Shown: piece by piece, positions 56,949 through 64,000 of the stretch
Numbering within the stretch: the first letter of the stretch is position 1
How the letters are laid out: every line of letters starts with the position of its first letter
Assembly: GCA_963675295.2 (NCBI GenBank)
Contig: CAXXKJ010000002.1
Coordinates: forward strand, 2,624,001 to 2,688,000
Source: a bacterium
GTDB lineage: Bacteria > Electryoneota > Electryoneia > Electryoneales > Electryoneaceae
Direction: 5' to 3'
Length of the DNA stretch: 64,000 nt
Notes under the pieces: generated by a model
The model's input: only the letters and a program-made list of their open reading frames with translations
The model's database searches: none
What the model was told of the DNA's origin: nothing
Program-made: the position numbers and the translations under genes

Positions 56949-59303
56949 TTAGAACGTCCGTCCGAACTGGAAGTGCGGCACCCATTCGCCGTCACGCCGT
57001 CCATCGCTGCCGAGGTAGTCGAACCCGTACCCGTAATCGAGCCCGATCAGGCCGATCAGCGGCATGTACAGGCGTACGCCAAGCCCCACGGACCGGCGCA
57101 AATCGTTCAGGTTCGTCTCATCCCGCTTCGCCCACGTATTCCCCGCTTCGCCAAACGCGAGCAGGAACACGGTCGGATTCGGAATGATCGGCAGACGGAC
57201 TTCCAGTGTCTGCTTAAACATGCTTTGACCACCAAGCGGGTAACCACCGCTCTGTGGACCGACTTCGCCCTCCTCGTACCCTCGCATGGACTCGCCGTAA
57301 CTCAAGCCGCTGCCGCCCATGAAGAAGTAGTCGATGTAGGGGATTTTGTCCTCATCACCCAGATCGTACAGTACACCGAAGAGGGTGTGTGAGTAAAGCA
57401 CCAGCTTGCCGTACAACGGCGTGTACCACTCACCGCTGATGCGTTGCTTGAGGAATTCGTCATCACCGCCGAGCACCGTTCCCGCGACTTCGGTCGAGAA
57501 CGAGAACACGCTCCCCATCGTCGGGAATTCCGGGTTGTCGCGGCTGTCACGGCTGAACACCTGCGTGATCGAGCTGCCCCAGCGGGCGATGCCTTCATTC
57601 AGGCCACGCGGGTTCGACGCGATAAAGTCGGCCGTAAAGTTGTTGTAGAACGACCGGTCAATGCGGTAAATCCAATCACCGCGCGTGTAGTCGTCTGGCC
57701 ACCGGAACCGTCGTCCGATGCGCAGACTGCCGCCGGTGACGTGTTCGTCGTACCCGTAATAGGAACCGCCGCGCTTCAAGTCGTAGAAGCTGATCCCGCC
57801 GAGGGTCGGCGTGTCGAACATCCACGGTTCAGTGAAGCTGATGGAGAAGCTGCGGTAGATGCTGCCGAAGTTCCAGTCGAGGCTGATTGCCTGCCCGTTG
57901 CCGAGGAAGTTCGGCATGGTGAAGCCGACCGCGCCGATGACGCCGTCGAGTTCACTGTAACCGGCTGACACATTCGCCTGATCGGTCGGTTTCTCCTCGA
58001 CCTCAACGTACAGATCGACTTCCTTGTCATTGACCGGCTGCACGTCGGGTATAACATTCGCGAAGTAGTTCAGGATGGTCAATTCACGTGCCGACCGGCG
58101 CAACAGGGAGACATCGAAGGTTTCGCCCGGATACAGCACCATCTCGCGGCGAATCACCTTTTCCTTGGTCTTGGTGTTGCCGAGAATGTGAATCTTGCGC
58201 ACAGTAAACTGGTTGCCCTCGTATACCTGGAAGTCAACCTTCAGGGTGTCGTCGGAAACCGGAATCAGTGTCGGTTCAATGTTCGAGTAAATGTAGCCGC
58301 GGTCGTAGTAGAGATTGCCGAGCCGTTCGGAAACGGTCAGTTCCAGTTTTTCCTGGCTGTAGACATCTCCCGGCTTGAACGCGAGTCGTGACAGCATCAC
58401 GACATCATCGAAGATGGTGTTGCCCTCGAAGCTGACGTCGCCGAAATAGTACTGAACGCCTTCGTTTACGCGGAGATAGATATTCAGCCGGCTGAGGTCT
58501 TCCGAATAGGCGATGGAATCGCTGACGATCTCAGCGTCACGATAGCCGTTGTTACGGTAGAAGTTGAGGACGTTCTGCTGGTCGTTGTCATACTCGTGGG
58601 ATTCGAATTCACCGGGCCGGAACCAGCTCAGAATCCACCAGCCGCGCTGCTTTGTTTCCTTCATCTGCTTGCGCAGCGTCTTGTCGCTGAAGGCATCGTT
58701 TCCGATGAATTCGATCTCGTCGATGCGGACTTTGCTGCCTTCACTGACGCGGAAGATGACCGTTTTGCGTGTGTCCTCTTCGTCCTCGGAATCTTCGGTC
58801 TCGATCTCGATTTCCGCCAGCAGGTAGCCCTTGTCCTTGTACTCGTTCAGCAGGCGCTTCTTTGCAGCCTGCAGGCGAGCAGGACGCATCACCTGACCGC
58901 GGTACAATTCAAGCAGCTCCAGCGCCTTGTCGTCCTTGATCTTGCGGTTGCCGCTGACCTTGACCTCACCGATGCGCGGGTACTCTGCCACCCGGATCAG
59001 GAAAAAGGCACCGCCGGACACTTCCCGTTCCAGCAGGATTTCGATATTGCGGAACAGGTCGAGTGACCAGATCCTGCGAATCGCGCGCTGGATATCGTCG
59101 CCGGTAATCTCCTTGCCGACGACAAGGCCGGAATTGGCGACAATCAGCCCGGGATCGGCGGACTCTGCTCCTTCGACACGGACCCCCATCACCTTGATAG
59201 AGCGTGTCGGCTGTTCCTGTTGCGCGAACACACCGGCGACAGGGACAGTGAGAGCGAGAAGTGCTATGATAACTGGAATGAAACGAAGACAGCGATTTCG
59301 CAT
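56949..59303 (-). CDS. bamA: Outer membrane protein assembly factor BamA
   Basis: POTRA repeats (GNTKTKEKVIRRE), FTEPW, MRGY and C-terminal HFQFGRTF. Confidence 0.95.
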   Translation of the reverse strand: MRNRCLRFIPVIIALLALTVPVAGVFAQQEQPTRSIKVMGVRVEGAESADPGLIVANSGLVVGKEITGDDIQRAIRRIWSLDLFRNIEILLEREVSGGAFFLIRVAEYPRIGEVKVSGNRKIKDDKALELLELYRGQVMRPARLQAAKKRLLNEYKDKGYLLAEIEIETEDSEDEEDTRKTVIFRVSEGSKVRIDEIEFIGNDAFSDKTLRKQMKETKQRGWWILSWFRPGEFESHEYDNDQQNVLNFYRNNGYRDAEIVSDSIAYSEDLSRLNIYLRVNEGVQYYFGDVSFEGNTIFDDVVMLSRLAFKPGDVYSQEKLELTVSERLGNLYYDRGYIYSNIEPTLIPVSDDTLKVDFQVYEGNQFTVRKIHILGNTKTKEKVIRREMVLYPGETFDVSLLRRSARELTILNYFANVIPDVQPVNDKEVDLYVEVEEKPTDQANVSAGYSELDGVIGAVGFTMPNFLGNGQAISLDWNFGSIYRSFSISFTEPWMFDTPTLGGISFYDLKRGGSYYGYDEHVTGGSLRIGRRFRWPDDYTRGDWIYRIDRSFYNNFTADFIASNPRGLNEGIARWGSSITQVFSRDSRDNPEFPTMGSVFSFSTEVAGTVLGGDDEFLKQRISGEWYTPLYGKLVLYSHTLFGVLYDLGDEDKIPYIDYFFMGGSGLSYGESMRGYEEGEVGPQSGGYPLGGQSMFKQTLEVRLPIIPNPTVFLLAFGEAGNTWAKRDETNLNDLRRSVGLGVRLYMPLIGLIGLDYGYGFDYLGSDGRRDGEWVPHFQFGRTF

Positions 59304-59409
59304 GACGATTTCTGCGCTTTCTGGAAAAACGGAATGTACGCGCGGGTGCAGTGCAAGACAAGCGGGCTCAGCAAAACGGGAACCCCGGACACTCGCACCC
59401 AATCCCCCT

Positions 59410-62400
59410 CTATTTCAAGAAACTGTCGCGCCACAGATCCGTCGCGCTCAGCTCCATGATATCAAACACAACGGAGTACTTGACCTGTGCCGACCGGTTG
59501 TTCTGGTCTTCCACATTCTCGTACTCCCAACCGAACTCGATCACGAAGTTCGGTGATATCGGCTGAATCCTGTACTGTAGGTTCCATTTCTGCAGCAACC
59601 CCAGCCGTCCCAGCTGAATGTCCTCGACACTTGCGTAGCGGGCTTCCTCCCCGAACTGGCCAGTGTACGAGATATAGACGTCACGATCGATATACTTGCC
59701 CAATGTGACTCGGCTCGCACGGAACAAGTTCCTGTTGCTCGTGGTCAAGCTGGTACGTTGATCGTCCTCGGCGGTGTTGTACCAGATGTCCGAGGGGTTC
59801 GTGCCGACGATATTGGTCGCAAATTGCGGCCGGAACTGAACGATGTCCAGCCCGAGCCAGTCGGCGGCGTCCCGTTCGATCGGTCCGAGGTAACGCCTGG
59901 CCACCGCTCGATCAATCCCACCCGCTCCCGAGGTAATGAACCGGTTCTGCAGTCCCTGGATGTCCGAAATACCGACACCCATTGCATTCAGAACCTCCTC
60001 CTGGCTCGATCCCTGCTCGTCCTCGAGTACAAAAGTAAATTCGCCCCAGCGGCCACGCTGCTGGCGTTCGCCGGTAATCGGGTCGATTACATACAGCGTC
60101 AGGTACATCTGACGGCTGAAGTTCTCCTCGGTAACCGTGGTGACCGCTCGCGCACTGACCAGTGGATACACGGAGGAGGCGTCAAAGGTGACCTCCGCGC
60201 GTTCCACATCGAAGATGAGGTCGAGGAACTCCACCCGTCCGGTCGTGCTGACAATCGTACCACCAAGCCGGAAGGAGGTATCCGCCAGGGCACCGGTAAT
60301 GTCAATCGGGAAAGTGGGTTCCGTCGGCTCGAGATTGATATCCAGCACCACCTGCCCAAGAAATTCAGAGAACGTTTCCAGGAATGGCGCGTTTTCCAGC
60401 CCCTTGACGATGCGTTCGTAGTGGACGTCGTGCCCGATAAACGCTTCCACATCCCAGCGAGCGTTGTTGATGAATGCCGGAGTTTCAACGGCGGAGCCAT
60501 TGTCCTCTTCACTCAGGAACAGCGCTTCTCGTGGCAGGATGGTCTGGAGAATGTTCTGTTCATCCTCCTCGACGATCGGCGGGTACGTAAAGGTTGCCGA
60601 CAGCAGGCTCAGCTGTCCGTCCACATACAGGCTGTCACGTGGTCCGGCAATGGTCAACCACTCGTCGTTCTTTCCGCTCACACTCAGCTGGGCATACCTC
60701 TCAGTTGTGCTGATGCCGGGAAGCCGGAACGGAATTCCCAGATCCTGATGGGTTCTGATTTTGAGCACGCCAAGATCGATTTCCGGCAGGTCCCAGTGAA
60801 TCGATTGCCGTTTGGGGTCGTCCGATTCTCCGGGAAGGTTGCTGATCTCGAACGGAAATTCGTTGACAAATTCACCCTGCGCCTTGCGAATGTTGACCAG
60901 GCCGTCGGTATCAATGGTGACGTCCACGTTCAGCGTTGTCAACGGCGGGAAGATGTCAGCGAATTCGAGGTTGCCGTTCTTGATCTGCATCTCACCGCGC
61001 GCTGCGACGGGTTTCCCGGCGACGATGGTTGTCGACCAGTTCAGGGAGCCATTTCCATTCGCACTGGTAATGAAACTCGACCATTGCGGTAAAAGTTCGA
61101 GGATGTCTCCCTTGAGACTAAGATCGAGCTCGCCGGCACCCCGATCGAGCGGGATCGCGCCGGACAGGGTGAGTTCGTAATGCTCGGGACGAACCAGCCG
61201 GGCCGTGTCGATAAACACCACGTGTCCCAGTCGTTCGGACGATATCCCCCGCATGCGGATCTGCGTGTCATCGAACTCGATTCCCCCCAGCACACCCTTT
61301 GCCAGGTCGAGATCGGCGGTCCAGGTTGGACGCAGCAAAGAGCCCGTCGCGTTACCCCGGAAACGCGCATCGCCGAGGATGACATCCTCCTGCCCGGTCA
61401 GCGTGGTGACCAGAATATTTGCGTCCGATCCAGGCGATTCGAGGTACAGGTCGAGGTTGTCGTCCGGGATTGAATAGCCACCGAGCATGGTGAACAGTGT
61501 GACGTTGCCGCGTCCCAGCGCGCCCTGCCTCAGGCTGACGTTGCCAAGTTCGTCGGTATCGACGGTCAGCAGGCCCCAATAGTCGGTGAGTTCGCCGTAG
61601 CGGCCATCGAACATTTCGAAATGGGCGTCGATATTCGGTTGTTTGAACGGTCCATCGAAGTTGACGCGGCCGTTGATTTCACCCGCTGCCAGCCCATCCG
61701 GCAGTTCGGTCAGAATTGGCAACAGGTAGCCGATATCGAGATCGGTAAAGCGTGCGGTCAGGTTGTTGAACAGTTCCTCGCGGAAATCGACCTCACCTTT
61801 CGCCTCGATGTAGTCCATGAAGGTGAATACGGGAATGGTGACCACGTCATCCAGGTAGGTGAATTCGAAGTCGCCGTTGCCAACGAACTGGTCCTTGAAA
61901 TTGAGATTGTAGCCGGCAACGGTGTACACCGCACCGGAGGTGTCCACAATCGCCAGTCCACTGAGGTCCAGGTCGAATCCGGTCACGGGATCGGCAATGG
62001 TGGCGAGTACCGTGATGCTGTCGCCGATGACTTTGGCCGTGGCGTGCGTGTCCATCTTCTCGACACGCTCCGGCATCTTGTACTTGTCATCCCACCAACT
62101 GAGGACAAGCTGCGGCTGCGTCGTTTGTATTCGCGCCGGATCGTCCATCGACTGGCTTATCTGGAAGTGAGCGTCGGGCAGCCGTAGCGAATACAGGTCG
62201 AGCGACGCGTTGTAGCCGTAGCGGCCGTAGCGTCCATGGAACTCACCGAAGGCCGGATTGCTAACATTTCGCACCCGTGCTTCGCCGCTGACGACAAAAT
62301 CCTCGTCCTCTAATTTGCGGATTAACACCTTTCCGTCGGCATACTTGCTGGTGATCGGTTCGACCCACTCCGGCAGGTTCCAACGTTCCCCCTGACCGGT

Positions 62401-63684
62401 GAAATCACCCTCGACGAGGAACTCGACAGGCAAAGAGGGCCGGAAGCGGCCGTCTGCGACGATGTCCAGCCCGTACCAGTGCGTGTTCAGGGAATCGAAC
62501 CGCAGTTCCCAGAGTTGATTGTCCCAGGAGAAATCGAGGTGAATGTCGCGGAACGGTCCGGCCTCGGTCCACAGTTCATCCCCGGTCGCGACGGCTGTGA
62601 GGTTGAGTTCGCCGGTGTTCAGGTCGCCAGTGAGGTGCCCGTTCGCGGTAACCGTGCCCTCCGGCTGCAGCTTCGGCTCCAGTTTCGCGAAAGTGCCGAG
62701 GTGACGGCCGATATGGACATCGGGAATTGTCGTTGTCCCGTCCAACCACATCGTAGAATCCAGCGCCAGTGAAGCCTGGATAGTGGCGTCGTCGCCTTCG
62801 AACCGTACGCTGCCGTTCGTGGTCGCCAGCTTGTCTTCAACCCGTCCCTGCAGATTGATGCGGTCAATCAGCAGCCCGCCGCTTTCGTTCACCCATGCGG
62901 TTGCGTCGGTGAGTTGAAAATGCGCGTCCGCATCCCAGCCAGTGCTGTCCCAGTTCAGGTCGGCATGAAAGTCGAACAGTCCGTCGAGGCCATAAACGGG
63001 TGACGATTCCGGCAGAACAACGGACGAGAGGTCGATCTGATTGACATCAACTCGCGCCTTCGCGGCCAGGTCCTCGAGCGTGGCAAATCCGTTGATCTCA
63101 ATGTGCCGTGTCGTATCAGTGCCGAGTGCCGCGCTGAGGTTGAGGTTGAGGCGCTCGTCCATCATGCGGTTAACCCAGCCTTCCACGTCCTGCACCCTCA
63201 CCCATGCGTCATCACGGCCGGTCTTGAGCGTGAACGAACCATCAATCAGGATGATCCGTTCCAACTCGCTCAACACGTTCAGGTCCGCTGAGGATGCGGG
63301 TTCCGAATCGTTCTTTTCGGATGATGTACGCCGGTCAGGCCAGTAAATGATATCCGGTTGCTCCAGCGAAACGCTGGTTACGACACTGGTTACATCGCCG
63401 CGATGGAACAGCATGTTCATCACTTCGACGCGGACGCTGACCTGTCCGATATCGACTTGCAGGCTGGAATCCGGCGAGCGGTACGACACATTGCGCAGGA
63501 CGAGATTGCCCGGCTGGGCGGACGCATTGGCGATGTTAAAATCGCCGTCGATGGCGGTGAGTTCTTCCAGGATCCTGTCACGCAGGACATTGGAACGGTT
63601 GATGTAGCGAAAGGTGACCAGCCCGGCAAATGCCAGCGAGAGTACAATCAAGGTCACCAGAATGATCCATGGACGACGCACCAT
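59410..63684 (-). CDS. TamB/AsmA-like large periplasmic protein
   Basis: 1424 aa with an N-terminal TM, a beta-taco-like repetitive body and a C-terminal VTLGKYID..YISY; adjacent to bamA. Confidence 0.72.
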   Translation of the reverse strand: MVRRPWIILVTLIVLSLAFAGLVTFRYINRSNVLRDRILEELTAIDGDFNIANASAQPGNLVLRNVSYRSPDSSLQVDIGQVSVRVEVMNMLFHRGDVTSVVTSVSLEQPDIIYWPDRRTSSEKNDSEPASSADLNVLSELERIILIDGSFTLKTGRDDAWVRVQDVEGWVNRMMDERLNLNLSAALGTDTTRHIEINGFATLEDLAAKARVDVNQIDLSSVVLPESSPVYGLDGLFDFHADLNWDSTGWDADAHFQLTDATAWVNESGGLLIDRINLQGRVEDKLATTNGSVRFEGDDATIQASLALDSTMWLDGTTTIPDVHIGRHLGTFAKLEPKLQPEGTVTANGHLTGDLNTGELNLTAVATGDELWTEAGPFRDIHLDFSWDNQLWELRFDSLNTHWYGLDIVADGRFRPSLPVEFLVEGDFTGQGERWNLPEWVEPITSKYADGKVLIRKLEDEDFVVSGEARVRNVSNPAFGEFHGRYGRYGYNASLDLYSLRLPDAHFQISQSMDDPARIQTTQPQLVLSWWDDKYKMPERVEKMDTHATAKVIGDSITVLATIADPVTGFDLDLSGLAIVDTSGAVYTVAGYNLNFKDQFVGNGDFEFTYLDDVVTIPVFTFMDYIEAKGEVDFREELFNNLTARFTDLDIGYLLPILTELPDGLAAGEINGRVNFDGPFKQPNIDAHFEMFDGRYGELTDYWGLLTVDTDELGNVSLRQGALGRGNVTLFTMLGGYSIPDDNLDLYLESPGSDANILVTTLTGQEDVILGDARFRGNATGSLLRPTWTADLDLAKGVLGGIEFDDTQIRMRGISSERLGHVVFIDTARLVRPEHYELTLSGAIPLDRGAGELDLSLKGDILELLPQWSSFITSANGNGSLNWSTTIVAGKPVAARGEMQIKNGNLEFADIFPPLTTLNVDVTIDTDGLVNIRKAQGEFVNEFPFEISNLPGESDDPKRQSIHWDLPEIDLGVLKIRTHQDLGIPFRLPGISTTERYAQLSVSGKNDEWLTIAGPRDSLYVDGQLSLLSATFTYPPIVEEDEQNILQTILPREALFLSEEDNGSAVETPAFINNARWDVEAFIGHDVHYERIVKGLENAPFLETFSEFLGQVVLDINLEPTEPTFPIDITGALADTSFRLGGTIVSTTGRVEFLDLIFDVERAEVTFDASSVYPLVSARAVTTVTEENFSRQMYLTLYVIDPITGERQQRGRWGEFTFVLEDEQGSSQEEVLNAMGVGISDIQGLQNRFITSGAGGIDRAVARRYLGPIERDAADWLGLDIVQFRPQFATNIVGTNPSDIWYNTAEDDQRTSLTTSNRNLFRASRVTLGKYIDRDVYISYTGQFGEEARYASVEDIQLGRLGLLQKWNLQYRIQPISPNFVIEFGWEYENVEDQNNRSAQVKYSVVFDIMELSATDLWRDSFLK

Positions 63685-63689
63685 GGATG

Positions 63690-64000
63690 TCAGCCCTTCG
63701 GCTTAAAGAACACATCATCCGGGTCAAACGCGTTGGCGATCTGTCGATACAACCCGGAGAATTCCTTTTTCTGAGTACTTGGCGGCCAGCTGACTCGTTC
63801 CAACGGAGAGCTGGTTCTCGGCTTCAAACGCAGAACGACACGGTCCAGCCATGCCATTGTGCCATGACTGCCAAGCAAAGCGCTGGTTCCGTCAAACCCG
63901 CTGACATCCTTGCGTACCGCGCCGCCAAGGTGCAGAATCCGGCCGGTTCCATCGACGAAGATAGCACCGAGCACGATTCCACGGAACTCGGGTCCGTGCG
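63690..64000 (-). CDS. FAD-binding oxidoreductase (GlcE/FAD_binding_4-like), 5' end outside the window
   Basis: VLGAIFVDGTGRILHLGGAVRKDVSGFD..LLGSHGTM followed by AFDP. Confidence 0.7.
   Translation of the reverse strand, partial: HGPEFRGIVLGAIFVDGTGRILHLGGAVRKDVSGFDGTSALLGSHGTMAWLDRVVLRLKPRTSSPLERVSWPPSTQKKEFSGLYRQIANAFDPDDVFFKPKG

Noticed and set aside
1-64000. Selenoprotein (in-frame UGA plus SECIS) in this window, prompted by selC
   Set aside because: No gene appears split at a UGA aligned to a catalytic Cys. The UGA stops I checked coincide with normal protein ends or start/stop overlaps. This was a by-eye check, not exhaustive.

Overview
A GC-rich chromosomal segment from a diderm bacterium. 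The fused lpxC-fabZ gene, the yggS-divIVA-ileS(type 2)-dksA block and two proteins with YPNPFN-type C-terminal sorting domains suggest an FCB-superphylum lineage; this placement is inference. From left to right the window holds: (1) an imuB-like/dnaE2 mutagenesis cassette without an adjacent imuA, behind a probably leaderless promoter carrying a GAAC-N4-GTTC SOS box; (2) a soluble globin-coupled chemoreceptor and a GNAT; (3) a TetR-TolC-MFP-RND efflux operon whose pump lacks the canonical proton-relay residues; (4) a PAP2 phosphatase, tRNA-Leu(CAG) and an acidic, partly disordered hypothetical protein; (5) an unannotated candidate sigma54-driven small RNA facing a cheA(2xHPt)-cheR-cheB-cheD-HDOD-cheY-cheX-cheY-cheX cluster; (6) dksA-ileS-divIVA-yggS; (7) two secreted CTD proteins, a hydrolase and an O-antigen-ligase/TPR gene whose 3' end overlaps an antisense tRNA-Sec (selC); (8) a tightly coupled ~17 kb envelope gene run that embeds an orphan DNA methyltransferase; and (9) the tamB-bamA-skp-lpxD-lpxC/fabZ-lpxA block. 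I found no CRISPR array, integrase or transposase. The best leads are the candidate sigma54 sRNA at 15175-15257, the selC/CDS overlap with its UGA-heptamer leader, the SOS-box/leaderless imuB-dnaE2 cassette and the Asp-less RND pump. All calls come from reading the sequence; no database search was run.
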